DNA of 64,000 nucleotides. It comes from Acidobacteriota bacterium (GTDB lineage: Bacteria; Acidobacteriota; UBA890; WLXD01). A program made the position numbers and the translations under genes. Location of the stretch: positions 1 to 64,000 of the forward strand of contig CAXWPH010000008.1 of the NCBI GenBank assembly GCA_963666055.2, read 5' to 3'. Below the pieces are notes generated by a model. The model ran no database searches. It worked only from the letters and a program-made list of their open reading frames with translations, and was not told where the DNA came from. Positions 1 through 10,121 of this stretch are shown here, in pieces. Every line of letters begins with the position of its first letter. Within the stretch, counting starts at the first letter, position 1.

Positions 1-182
1 TACGGATTTGGTATTCCGCAATTTCGGGGTCGGCGAGTGAGGCACTCCGGTGTCGCGTCCTCGACGGTCTGAGCAGAATCAGACGCTGGCTTCTTCGCCG
101 CGGCCCATACTGTGCGACCCGAACTACGCAACGAGCGAAATGCGAGGTCGCCACCCCCGCTCGCGAGACTCGGCTGACGACG

Positions 183-345
183 CTACGGGTCCGTCGGCAC
201 GAGCCGTTTCAGCTCGTCGAATCAGTCGAGCACGATATGGAGCTGTGTCACCGGCTCTGGGACTCCACTCGACACCGGCATCATCAAGAAATCCCCGTCG
301 GGCAACACGTCGTAGCTGCGCAGGATGGCAGCGGAGTAGCGGCGG
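183..345 (-). pseudogene. Orphan 3' stub of a Ser/Thr kinase-PD40 gene
   Basis: Minus strand reads ILRSYDVLPDGDFLMM...LHIVLD*FDELKRLVPTDP*, matching the C-terminus of the intact gene 31344-34082. The W codon is mutated to TGA. CTCGCGAG follows the stop. Confidence 0.8.
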
Positions 346-384
346 CAGTGGAGTGTTTCGGCCTCTGACTACTGGGCCGAGTTC

Positions 385-580
385 CTAGCCCGTGCCGAAG
401 AACTGGACGACGACACGGCCTTCATTGTCGATCAGCGTTCCAGTATCGCCGTCGTTGTTCCAAATGAACGACCCCGTCCAGCGCAAGACGTTCGGGAAGT
501 CGTCGAAGGCACCACTTCCCGATGTGATTCGGACTGTGGCCCCCGGGGCGAGTGGCGACAGCGCCGGCCTGTTGGGATGA
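385..580 (-). pseudogene. Lamin-tail-domain-like C-terminal fragment
   Basis: LAPGATVRITSG...FIWNNDGDTGTLIDNEGRVV is the typical bacterial LTD C-terminus; no convincing N-terminus. Confidence 0.55.
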
Positions 581-700
581 GCGTAGCTGTGGCACGATCG
601 GGAACGATCGTCAGAGTCGGCGGGGAATCCGAGCAGGAGTCGAGTTCTTGCCGAGCCGCCCGTATCCGCTGAGGCCGATCCGGAAGAGAGGAAACCGTCC

Positions 701-1646
701 ATGCTGCACTCCATCACTCGTTCCGGTCGCGCCCCGGCCGCGCTCGTCATCGCCGCCTACCTGTTGCTGGATTCAACAGCAGGCAGCTCACTGGCCGCGG
801 ATGGCGCCTTCGAGACGGTGCTCGTCCAAGCAATCGGCGTCCGCCGCACGTCGCTGGTCGCCCGGGGAAACACGCCACTGGGGACCTTCATGCGGACCTT
901 CGCGCTGCCAGTGATTCTCGATGAGACTCCTGCAAACGACCTACTTGTTTTGCAGACCCAGGTGTTTGTGCGGAGCGGCGCGGTGCCGAGTGGTCGGATG
1001 CGTGCCGTGATCTCGCGGGTGCCGCGCGCCTGGCGACTCGATCGAAGTGCGCCTGTGGTTTCTGAGCGAGCACAAGATGAAAACCGGCGACGCAGTGGAC
1101 CTGATTTCTAGGTGGGTCCACGTTAACGGGGAAAACCTGTCCCGCGCTGCCGCCGACCGACCGCCGATCACTGCGCTACGTGACAAGTTCGATTTCGACT
1201 CCGACGCGGTGGGGTCGCTCCGGCAACTGTTCCTGGGGAACGAGGAAGAGGCGTCCCTGTCCGAGTTCGAGGAATCGCTCGAATTCCCCGTTCCCGACCT
1301 GTCCACCTTGCCGCCGTTCGACCAGTTAGGGCTGGTTTTCGGCGGCGGGATGTCCCAGCCGGGCGGCGACCTCATCCGAAAAATGCGCGTCGTCTTCGAG
1401 CGCTGGCCTGCGGGTGGGGGCACGCGTGAGGTGTTAGCCCGCAAGGCAGTCCCGGCGCTGTCTGCGCTGGAACAACTCTCCATTCCGCGGCCAGACGATC
1501 TCTCGGAGGGCGACCGTATCGTTGCGCGTTTCTTCTTCAACCAGGAGGAACGCGTCGAGCAGGGGAGCACCGCGGTAGTGCAGGGCGGCTGGTTCGCTCC
1601 GCCGGTGGATGACTTCGGAATACGACCGGAGACCGGTCGTCAGTAG
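701..1646 (+). CDS. Hypothetical exported protein, possibly one frameshifted gene (ORFs 701-1111 and 1047-1646)
   Basis: RBS-like GAGG and signal-peptide-like N-terminus; overlapping downstream ORF with coding-like composition. Confidence 0.35.
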
Positions 1647-1817
1647 CCCACGAGGGCGTCGGGTGCCACTGCCGAGGAGACTCGCGGCGGGCAGGGGATC
1701 TTCCGAGACTTGGAACGCACCGCCCACCTCACCCCGACAGGTGAGGGCGTCACGGTCAGTGTGCTCCATAATTCTTGCCGGCTAGAACGGGCGATTCCGT
1801 GCGACCATCGATGAGTT

Positions 1818-2882
1818 CTAGTACAGATACCGTGTAGAAACCTCTTCCACGTCCCAATCAACAATCTCACCAGGTTCCCGTGAGACGGTAAAGAGCATCT
1901 GTAGTATGAACTCGTTGGTCCAGTCCAGCGTTGCGGAACTTCCCGGTGGCATATGCTCGCCGAGCAGATTTCGGACCTCTTCGTATCTGGCGTAGTCCTC
2001 TGCTTCAAAGGATGCGATGAACGTCACCGGGAGTTCTGCAGTCACCCGAACCAAGTAGCGTCCTGGTTTTCTCTCCCAAACCTCTTCGACTTCGACCTTG
2101 GGTGACGCAGTCAACCGTGGCAGACCAGCTGATCCGGCTCCGTCTGGCATGCCCATGCCGGCAAAGAGTAGGTCCTCGTCAACCAGGTAGTCTTGGAGAT
2201 GCGTCCGAATCCACTCGTGAAGGTCCACGGGGCCGGCGCCCTCGGTTTCAAGCCGCTGGCGTACTTCCTCCACCTGTCGAAGATGGGGTAACACGTGAGC
2301 TTCATTGAAATGGGAGACGCCCCATGCGACCTCAAACCCATCGCGGCGGTAGGATGTCCTCTCCAGATCACGAGCCAGCTCTGAATGGAGGTTGTCGCCT
2401 TCGGCGAAGTCCCGCTTGTTCCGGGTAACGAAGCACACGACGCCTGGTGTCTGTAGAACTGTCTCCCAGATGAGGCAGTCACGGTAGCCGCCCCGGGCGC
2501 TAAAGGGCCGAAGGCGTGCGAGCGCACGAGCAAGTACATCTTCATGCGAGATGTCGGGGATCGGGAGGATCTCCCCACCTACCTCCTTGATTCGCGCTAG
2601 CAATGTAGTTCGGTATCGCGTCTGCGCAGCGTCAGAGTTCGGTAGCTCTGGTGGAGAGAGAGGCTGAGCCAACAGCCTTTGTACGTCCCTGTACCCGACC
2701 AGGGCTTTGTCGCGCGCTTTCTTGAACTGCTCCCCATACTTGTTAACCACCTCCTCGACCACGACGGTGGGAACGGCGATTTGACCACCTAGCGATCTCA
2801 ATCCGTCGATTAGTGTTCCGAATTGGGTGCCCCGCATCCACGGATCCGCGAGGATGACATCACTGTCGAGCACTACTCGCAT
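1818..2882 (-). CDS. PIN-domain protein (DUF4935/PIN_8-like putative RNase)
   Basis: VVLDSD, VPTVVVEE, GYRDCLIWET and FVTRNKRDF motifs. Confidence 0.8.
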   Translation of the reverse strand: MRVVLDSDVILADPWMRGTQFGTLIDGLRSLGGQIAVPTVVVEEVVNKYGEQFKKARDKALVGYRDVQRLLAQPLSPPELPNSDAAQTRYRTTLLARIKEVGGEILPIPDISHEDVLARALARLRPFSARGGYRDCLIWETVLQTPGVVCFVTRNKRDFAEGDNLHSELARDLERTSYRRDGFEVAWGVSHFNEAHVLPHLRQVEEVRQRLETEGAGPVDLHEWIRTHLQDYLVDEDLLFAGMGMPDGAGSAGLPRLTASPKVEVEEVWERKPGRYLVRVTAELPVTFIASFEAEDYARYEEVRNLLGEHMPPGSSATLDWTNEFILQMLFTVSREPGEIVDWDVEEVSTRYLY

Positions 2883-3026
2883 TCGAGTTCGGGCCTCAAG
2901 CGCTGGGTGTCGTGCCCGCCCAACAGCGCAGAGCTTCAGTTGCGGGCGTATCTGGCGATGCCGGCCTGGCTCTCCGTGCCGTCTACAACTTCACCGAGGT
3001 GTATTTCGGCGGTGATCGTTTGGCCG

Positions 3027-3155
3027 GGCCGGTAGGACTTTGACGGCAACGTCACGATTGAGCATGGTATCGGGTGCCAGCCACACCTCGCCCATGCCGC
3101 CAGCACCGAGGCGGTCAGTGATCTCGTACTGGCCTAGTCGAGTGCCTGGCTCCAT
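3027..3155 (-). pseudogene. Orphan 5' stub of kinase gene (43 codons)
   Basis: [43 protein letters not shown] followed by unrelated sequence. Confidence 0.85.
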
Positions 3156-3188
3156 GGCGCTACCGCAGAGGGGTGGGTGAGCGCCTGA

Positions 3189-3217
3189 AGCCTATCGTCG
3201 GGGCACGCGAGGGTCCA
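3189..3217 (-). promoter_or_regulatory. Conserved sigma70-like promoter of the kinase family
   Basis: TGGACC-17 nt-TAGGCT; the same spacing is found at four other kinase starts. Confidence 0.6.
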
Positions 3218-3316
3218 TGGGAGAGGTCCGGAAGGCGCGGTGGTCGTGTCCGCCCCGACGGCGATCTGAAACTAGCGGCGTGCACGTCCGTCGGCGCTAC
3301 GCCGGTACAGGCGGAA

Positions 3317-3538
3317 CTACGACTTGCCATTACCAACGGACTCTCCCACGAGGCCCCCGCCCGGTATCCGGCTCCAGCGCTCGATCGATATTCCCCGACG
3401 CGTTTCGTGCTGCCATTCGCCCTCCAGCCAAGCGAACCGCTGCAGTTCATCCTGCTGACCCGACCAAGCCTGCCCGACCGCCGCGATAGTCAGCACGCAA
3501 GTCAACGTCACGGCCGCCAATAACTCAGTTCGTCGCAC
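3317..3538 (-). pseudogene. Truncated exported protein (DUF6265-like N-terminus)
   Basis: GGAGG RBS + GTG, signal peptide, LQRFAWLEGEW...ERWSRIPGGGLVGES, then a premature end. Confidence 0.5.
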
Positions 3539-3994
3539 GTCTCTGCCTCCTGAAATGTAATGTGGGTTGCTTCTGATCTCAGCCTCATCCCGCCCCCTCC
3601 TCCACGCTGCAGGAACTCCGGCAATCGGCTCCGGGACAAAGGCGGCACCCAGGTCAATTGTCGCGTGTCCCTGCTCGCCGATGTCGTCGTTCCACCGAGC
3701 ATGGGCCGCGACCGAGCCGATGACGTTGAAGCGCCGAAGATCCGGCGAAATGTCCGCTCGTGCGCAGCCGACGATGTAGGCGCGCGAAGGTCCATCAACG
3801 AAGAACGTAAGTACGCACTGCCGGGCTCCGGCCCAATTATGCCGGAGCCCCTCTGGATCGAGCAGCGCATCGAAGGGCTCGCGGAAGTGATCCTTCGTTA
3901 CGTTTTGGACGGTCGAGCGCATTACACATGCGTCGGCGAGCGGGCGGCAGAGTTGGATCGGAACGTGGGGAGACTCAAGCGCGCCAGGGGTGAG

Positions 3995-4150
3995 ATGGAA
4001 CCCGGCACCAAACTAGGCCCCTACGAGATCACCGAGCAATTCGGCGCTGGCGGCATGGGAGAGGTGTACCTGGCGCAGGACACCCGCCTGGGCCGCAAAG
4101 TGGCCATCAAGGTGCTGCCCGCCGAGTTCGCCTCGTGTAGGCATCCATGA
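3995..4150 (+). pseudogene. Orphan 5' stub of kinase gene (47 codons, no promoter)
   Basis: [47 protein letters not shown], nearly identical in DNA to the start at 40035. Confidence 0.85.
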
Positions 4151-4175
4151 GGTGTCAGTATCTCTGCAAGCTCGT

Positions 4176-5543
4176 TCAGTCGTAGACGACGGCCTGAATG
4201 ATCGCCAGGTGATCGCTCACTCCATGTCTGAAGGCCTCAACGCTGATCCGTTCATCATTGCCATGTATTCTGGAGAACTCCGATTCCGGCACGATGGTTG
4301 GATCGAAGCCGTAGCTGACGATGCCTAAGTCTCTAGTGAAATGACTGTCGGTGAAGCCAGTGCTGACATAGGGCATCACTCTCGATCCCGGGTAGCGCTC
4401 GCTGGTCACGGTTTCAATGGCATGGTAGAGCCTGGACTCGGTAGAGGACACGGCCGGCGTGAATGCCATGATGACGGAGATTTCCACACCAGTGTCTCTT
4501 ATGAGTTCACGCATTTCGTTCACGAACACATCGGATGGCCTGTCTGGAAGTATGCGGCAATCAATCTCGGCCCAAGCCTCTGGAGGCACGACGTTGATCT
4601 TGTTGGACGCGTCGAATCGCGTGATTGAGCAGGTATCACGAGTTAGAGCATGCAAGAAGGCGGAGTGTTCCTGGAACCGCTTCATGAACTCAGGATCTTT
4701 GACGGCAGCGGACATATCGGCGTAAGCACCCGCCCATTCGGGTCCGGCGGCTTCCGAGAGTGACCGAAACATCGCGTCGACAGCCGGGACGATGCGTGGC
4801 GGTGACGGATTTGCTTTGACGATGCTGAGCGCATCGACAATCCGCGTGACCGAGGAGGTCGCGTTCGGCATTGAGCCGTGTCCCGGTGTGTCGACTGCAG
4901 TCAGGCGCAACCAGACAGGGACCTTTTGAGTTACCTCGACGTTGAATACGAGCGCTTTGTCATTCTGCTCTCCGTTGCCGCCCTCGTTGATCAGCAAACC
5001 TGCGCCTTCAAATATTTCGGGGTGGTTCTCGGTGAGCCAGCCAGCACCGAAGAAGCCACCGGCTTCTTCATCAGCAGTGGCAACCAGGACGACATCGCGA
5101 TTCAGCGGAACTCCTGCCCGGTGCAGGCTTATGAAGGTTGCCAGCTGTGAGATGCCGGTGCCCTTCATGTCGAGTGCACCGCGGCCCCAGAGATAACCGT
5201 CTTTGATCTCGCCGGATAGAGGATCGGTCGTCCAGTGTGCAGGATCGGCCGGAACGACATCCGTGTGCTGCAGCATGATCAGGGCAGGATCGTTACCACC
5301 TTCCAGGCGTGCCCATAAGTTGCCACGACCCGGTGCGCTTTCCGCCGTCTGATAGGCAATCCCTTCGGCGTCCAGGATGTTAGCGATGAACTCGACCGCG
5401 CGAGTCTCGTTTCCCGGCGGATTGATTGTGTCGACGCGTATGAAGTCCTGTAGCCAGGCCAAGGCTTCATCTTCGATCGTTTGAGCGTGAGCGGAAACAG
5501 TGAGGCAGAAAAGCGCCGTTAGTAACGCCAGACGGTTGAGCAT
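4176..5543 (-). CDS. M20/M25/M40 family metallopeptidase, exported
   Basis: HTDVVPA, GRGALDMKG, DEEAGG, GHGS and IHGNDE motifs; signal peptide. Confidence 0.9.
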   Translation of the reverse strand: MLNRLALLTALFCLTVSAHAQTIEDEALAWLQDFIRVDTINPPGNETRAVEFIANILDAEGIAYQTAESAPGRGNLWARLEGGNDPALIMLQHTDVVPADPAHWTTDPLSGEIKDGYLWGRGALDMKGTGISQLATFISLHRAGVPLNRDVVLVATADEEAGGFFGAGWLTENHPEIFEGAGLLINEGGNGEQNDKALVFNVEVTQKVPVWLRLTAVDTPGHGSMPNATSSVTRIVDALSIVKANPSPPRIVPAVDAMFRSLSEAAGPEWAGAYADMSAAVKDPEFMKRFQEHSAFLHALTRDTCSITRFDASNKINVVPPEAWAEIDCRILPDRPSDVFVNEMRELIRDTGVEISVIMAFTPAVSSTESRLYHAIETVTSERYPGSRVMPYVSTGFTDSHFTRDLGIVSYGFDPTIVPESEFSRIHGNDERISVEAFRHGVSDHLAIIQAVVYD

Positions 5544-5681
5544 GGATATCCCCTGGCTATTCTTTGTCTATTCTCATCGAGTGCTGATCCGTCGGTTCTG
5601 TTTGACTACCCTTACGAGCCTCAAATCCTAACTCTCAATCTGGCCCGATTATTGGGGGGCAGGTCAACCGAGAGATCCAGG

Positions 5682-7751
5682 TCACCGAGAACCGAGCTCG
5701 ACTCCCATCAGCCAGTTCCAGTGGGTCGCGGCGCGGGCCTCCACGACATCGACGTCCCTCCGAAGCAAGAATCCCTCGTCCACGAGGTCCTCGGCCGCTT
5801 CTCTGACTCTTGCCAGGAACTCGGCCGCCGAACCGTAGAGCGCCTCCAGGGAAGGCCGTGGGTCGCCGGTCGCACGCCGCGCCGCCTCCGTGCGGGGGAG
5901 CGGGATGTAACTCCCGATGTAGTTGTCGAGGACTTGGGGCCGGCCAGGTCCCTGATTCCACGGACCCCCGCGGAGAAGCCACGGCGTGTAGGTGGCGAGC
6001 GGCGCACGAAGCTCGTAGGGGCGGATGCCGCCCCGGGTGTTGCCCAACTCGTCGACCTGCGGTACCAGGGACGGAAACGAGGGACCGAGCACCGGCGGCT
6101 GATTCGTGACCACACCTTCCGACTCGAACCGTGGCCCGTAATCCGTACGGTACGCCACATGCGGCGTGCCGCCCGGTCCCCGCACGCCGGGGATCGGCGG
6201 GAAGGCCAGCTCTGGGGGATGCACGAGCGTTCCATCGGCGACGTGAGGATACGTGCTCGGGGGCGGATCGACACCCCGGTCCACCCACTCCACCAACCGC
6301 TGCGTCAAGGCTCGGAGGGTGAGCCGGAAGTCCACCGGGTTCCCGCGGTACGCGGGCGTGTTCGCGATTCGGTACTCGTGGGATGGTTCGAGCCAGGTGA
6401 TCATGTGCTGCCCACCGGCGAGCAGATAGATCCGCTCGTTCGGATGCAAGGGCACATCCCGCGCGCCATCCGCGGAGGTGTGGATCAGGGACGCGGCGCG
6501 CCCCCAGTACTCGTAGTCGGCGTTGGTCTGGAAGATCAGGGGCACATGGTCATCCCTCTGCTGGCTCAGCAGCCCGCCCCGCGAACCATCGAGCGGATCC
6601 TCCTGATCCAGGCTCGTGAAGGGGAACACGTCGCTCGGATAGAAAAACGCCGAGTAGGGATGTCCATCCCTGGAAGGCTGCGCGAAGCGATGGTTGAAGC
6701 TACCCCGTCCGGCTCCGGCGACCTGGATGAGCATCCCGTCGTAGGCCTTCCGGCCACGTTCGTCCGTGTTCAACCCCTCGTAGAGGAAGTGCCTCAGGAA
6801 CCTCCCCGTCTGGGAGAAGCCGAATGCGATTCCGCGTTCGACGGGAAAGAGCGCCTCCGGATCGTACTTCGCGTAGGAAATGACATCTCGCACCGCCGCG
6901 AGACCCACGCCCACGACGTGTGGGTCCTGCGCCTCGTACACCAGCTCGTAGATCTTCCCCGCCTGGAAACCACCCTCCAGCCGAATCGCAGCGAGCTTCT
7001 CCTGGCTCGGGAGACGAATGAACTCCCAGCTCTGTCGGGGGAGGACCTGCCGGGCGCCCTCCCGGCTTTCCCTGACGGTGAGAACGTCGCCGGCTCTGCC
7101 GGGCGCGACCGGAGGATAGGCCCCGGGGCGGTTCATGTGCCCGAGCAGCAGGACGTCTTCACTCCGATCCAGCGTCCAGTCCGCGCGTGCCAAGCCCCGG
7201 ACCGCCTCCGCACCATCCCGGGCGAAAGGAGCACGCAGTCCAAGAGCGTGCCCCTCCTCGGGGATGTCGTACTGCCATCCAATGATCACGATCGTGAGCC
7301 CGAGGTCCATCAGCAAGCCGTCGCCGAAGTGTTCGGGGGCCCATGGGTCGGGCTCGCGAGTATCCGCTAGGTTGAGGTACTGGAAGACGGCCAGTCGTCC
7401 CCGGTTGCTGACCTCCACCAAGCCAATGCCTCGCCTCCGGGCCGGGTCCTTCGGCTGGAACGCGCGAAAATCCGCCCACGCCTCCACGAGACCGTCGGCG
7501 TTCCGAGGCGCCAGCTCCAGATCGACGATGGCTCGATTCTGCGGATTGGCGGGATCGAAGGCGAAGAGGATCCGGCCCACGAGCATTTCGTAAGCCCCCG
7601 CTTGTCCGAAGGCTCGTCCGCCCAGGATGTCCACGCGCCGATCCACGATCACGCTCACCACGCTTCCCTGAACAGGCTGGCAATCGGCCAGGAGGAGCGC
7701 CGTCACGATGGCTACGGGCAGGAGACTCTTTCTGAGAAGGCGGTGGGTCAT
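5682..7751 (-). CDS. Alpha/beta hydrolase domain protein (Abhydrolase_10-like), exported
   Basis: 689 aa ORF with GFSQTGRFLRHFLYEG, FNHRFAQP, EYWGRAASLIH and VPQVDELGN motifs. Confidence 0.85.
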   Translation of the reverse strand: MTHRLLRKSLLPVAIVTALLLADCQPVQGSVVSVIVDRRVDILGGRAFGQAGAYEMLVGRILFAFDPANPQNRAIVDLELAPRNADGLVEAWADFRAFQPKDPARRRGIGLVEVSNRGRLAVFQYLNLADTREPDPWAPEHFGDGLLMDLGLTIVIIGWQYDIPEEGHALGLRAPFARDGAEAVRGLARADWTLDRSEDVLLLGHMNRPGAYPPVAPGRAGDVLTVRESREGARQVLPRQSWEFIRLPSQEKLAAIRLEGGFQAGKIYELVYEAQDPHVVGVGLAAVRDVISYAKYDPEALFPVERGIAFGFSQTGRFLRHFLYEGLNTDERGRKAYDGMLIQVAGAGRGSFNHRFAQPSRDGHPYSAFFYPSDVFPFTSLDQEDPLDGSRGGLLSQQRDDHVPLIFQTNADYEYWGRAASLIHTSADGARDVPLHPNERIYLLAGGQHMITWLEPSHEYRIANTPAYRGNPVDFRLTLRALTQRLVEWVDRGVDPPPSTYPHVADGTLVHPPELAFPPIPGVRGPGGTPHVAYRTDYGPRFESEGVVTNQPPVLGPSFPSLVPQVDELGNTRGGIRPYELRAPLATYTPWLLRGGPWNQGPGRPQVLDNYIGSYIPLPRTEAARRATGDPRPSLEALYGSAAEFLARVREAAEDLVDEGFLLRRDVDVVEARAATHWNWLMGVELGSR

Positions 7752-7810
7752 GTAGGCTCCCTGATGCCGTTGGACCGACGTGTCGATCCGCTCAACGTAT
7801 TATGGGGCAC

Positions 7811-7976
7811 GTGGAGGCGGAAGCTGACACAGCGGCAGCTCGCCGCGCTGATCGGTTCCACGCAGCCGCGGGTCGCGAACCTCGAGCGCGGCAGTGCATC
7901 GCTCGACATGCTGACTCGAACGCTCCTTTCGCTCGGTGCTTCACGGGAAGACGTGAGCGAGCACCTCGCGGCATGA
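7811..7976 (+). pseudogene. XRE-family HTH fragment (antitoxin-like)
   Basis: RRKLTQRQLAALIGSTQPRVANLERG; N-terminus missing. Confidence 0.55.
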
Positions 7977-8166
7977 AAAGCGACTTCGAGCCCCGACCGG
8001 ATACGCCGCTCGCCGCGGGCATTCCAACATCAAAACTACGATGGGCTTACAGGTGCTACACGGCGCGACCCAGCGCCCCGGCCGGGGGGACGTTGCTACG
8101 CGCCTTGCGCGGCAGCGACTAGAATGCTGGGAGTAGCCTGACGATCTTCGAACCGAGGTCAAGTGA

Positions 8167-9516
8167 ATGAGACGCCACACGCTGAGCGCCATCGTGGCAC
8201 TGCTGACGAGCTTGGCGCTCGTCCCCGCGGTAGTCGCTGTCGAAGACGCCCAGGGCACGCCGCAGTGGACACCGGACAAGCCGGGTAGCGACAACATTGA
8301 AGTGTTGTCGCATCTTCCCCTCGGACCGCGGCTCAACGTGTCTGATATCGAGCTCGAGCAGGAGCTGTCACGCCCCTTCGCCTACGTTGGACGGATGGTC
8401 TACGGCTTCGAGGGCGAAAAGGGGATGGATATCATCGATCTGTCCGATCCTCGGGACCCGAGCGTGATCTATCGCTGGCGCATCGAGGATCAGGACCTCC
8501 ATCTGCCGCTCGGCGGAATGGACGTGAAGTACTTCAAGTGGGACGGTCGCTATTATGTCGTACAGTCGCTGCAGTTCGGGCAAGGGGGCCCCGACGCCGA
8601 TCTCGGGGCCGTGGTGCTCGACGTTACCGGTCTGCCGGACGTATCGAAGGTCAAGGAGGTGGCGCGAATCCGCGCCCCCGAGCATCCCGGCGGCTTTCAC
8701 AACATTTTCATGTACAAGCATTCCAACGGTCGGCCGTTGCTATTCAGCACCGTTTCCGGGCCGTACGCGCACGTCTATGACATGGCACACGTCGTCGAAG
8801 GGCACATGGACGAAGCCCTGGTCGCCAAGGTTCCAGTAGGTATGGAAGCGGACTCTCGGTTCCGCGGCTACCACGACATATACGCCGGGTTCCACGAAGA
8901 TACCCAGAGCGATCGCTTTTACGGTGGCGGCACTGGCGGCTATTACATTTACGACATCACGGACCTGGAAAACCCGGCGCTGGTAGTATCGCTTACCGGC
9001 ATCAGTGGTGTGGGCTTCGGGCACACGTTCACGCCCACTTCCGACGGCCGTTACGTGATTGCCGAGTCGGAGTATCAGTACGCACCACTGCGCATCTTCG
9101 ACCTCAAGCCGGCCCTCGACGGCGAGGTGCAGAACATCCGTACGCCGGTAGGCGCCTGGACTGCCGATTGGCGAAACCTGGTGCACAACCATGAAGTGCG
9201 CTACCCGTACGTCTTTGTCTCCGGCTACCTCGACGGGTTGCAGATATTCAGCCTCATGGACCCGGAGAACCCGGTGACCGTGGCCTACTACGACACCTAC
9301 CTGGGGCCACCCAATGCGGACCGATCGGCCATGTTCAATGGTCTGTTCGGCGTCGACGTGCGCAACGCCGACGGCCTCATCGTGGGCTCGGACATGAGCA
9401 CCGGCTTCTGGGCTTTCCGGATGGAAGGGTTCGGTGGCTGGAACGGCGCCGACTGGGGCATGCCGGACATCTCGAGTGCGCAGAAATGGGACGAAACGGT
9501 CGGCGGGCAGCGCTGA
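8167..9516 (+). CDS. LVIVD-repeat / choice-of-anchor-B-like beta-propeller protein
   Basis: Repeats such as MDIIDLSDPRDP, YIYDITDLENP and LQIFSLMDPENP; signal peptide; recurring His motifs. Confidence 0.8.
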   Translation: MRRHTLSAIVALLTSLALVPAVVAVEDAQGTPQWTPDKPGSDNIEVLSHLPLGPRLNVSDIELEQELSRPFAYVGRMVYGFEGEKGMDIIDLSDPRDPSVIYRWRIEDQDLHLPLGGMDVKYFKWDGRYYVVQSLQFGQGGPDADLGAVVLDVTGLPDVSKVKEVARIRAPEHPGGFHNIFMYKHSNGRPLLFSTVSGPYAHVYDMAHVVEGHMDEALVAKVPVGMEADSRFRGYHDIYAGFHEDTQSDRFYGGGTGGYYIYDITDLENPALVVSLTGISGVGFGHTFTPTSDGRYVIAESEYQYAPLRIFDLKPALDGEVQNIRTPVGAWTADWRNLVHNHEVRYPYVFVSGYLDGLQIFSLMDPENPVTVAYYDTYLGPPNADRSAMFNGLFGVDVRNADGLIVGSDMSTGFWAFRMEGFGGWNGADWGMPDISSAQKWDETVGGQR

Positions 9517-10121
9517 TGGGTTCTCCGCGCCCACGCCACCTGGTGGCAGGGCCCTTGCTGGTGATGGCGCTGGCAACGATCCTCGGCTCGACGATGCTAT
9601 TGCCGGGTGCGGGCTGGGCGAGGCCGTTGCTGGTGGCCCCCGGAGTCTGCAGCGCGCGGTGGTTGGGCGAGCCTGCTGCACCGCCCGCCTATTACGCCAT
9701 CGAGCTGGTGTCGACGCGACGTGTTCCCGGCGCTCGCGCCGCCAGCGGCGTTGGAAACGTCAGCTTCGCGCGCTCCCCGTTCGGGATCGCGGTAGCCCCC
9801 ACCGGGGAGTACGTCTACAACGTGGACTTGCAGCTGCAGGGACTCAACGCGCAGTCCCGGGGCGTGTACATCGCGTGGCTGACGACCGCTGCGTTGGACC
9901 AGGTCAAACGACTTGGAAGGCTGGATGCGGCGGGTGCCATCCGTGGGCAGACCACCTGGAACAAGTTCCTGGTGTTGGTGACGTTGGAGCCGGATGACGA
10001 GGCGAGACCGCGTTGGAGCGGGCCGATCGTGACTCGCGGCATGTCGCGGTCTGGACGCATGCACACGATGGCCGGACACGGTCCGTTCCAGCTCCAGCCA
10101 TGCACTACGTACGGCTATTGA
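9516..10121 (+). CDS. Hypothetical exported protein in the multicopper oxidase operon
   Basis: TGATG coupling to the upstream gene; hydrophobic N-terminus; C-terminal MHTMAGH. Confidence 0.7.
   Translation: MGSPRPRHLVAGPLLVMALATILGSTMLLPGAGWARPLLVAPGVCSARWLGEPAAPPAYYAIELVSTRRVPGARAASGVGNVSFARSPFGIAVAPTGEYVYNVDLQLQGLNAQSRGVYIAWLTTAALDQVKRLGRLDAAGAIRGQTTWNKFLVLVTLEPDDEARPRWSGPIVTRGMSRSGRMHTMAGHGPFQLQPCTTYGY

Noticed and set aside
3560-4150. 196 aa ORF as a real fusion ending in a kinase N-terminus
   Set aside because: The kinase part is only a 47-codon stub and the upstream part has no recognisable domain; likely a chance in-frame junction.
5652-7370. 572 aa plus-strand ORF, and similar long antisense ORFs (8740-9681, 12084-13004, 24039-25214)
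   Set aside because: Shadow frames of well-supported genes on the opposite strand in GC-rich DNA; no recognisable motifs.
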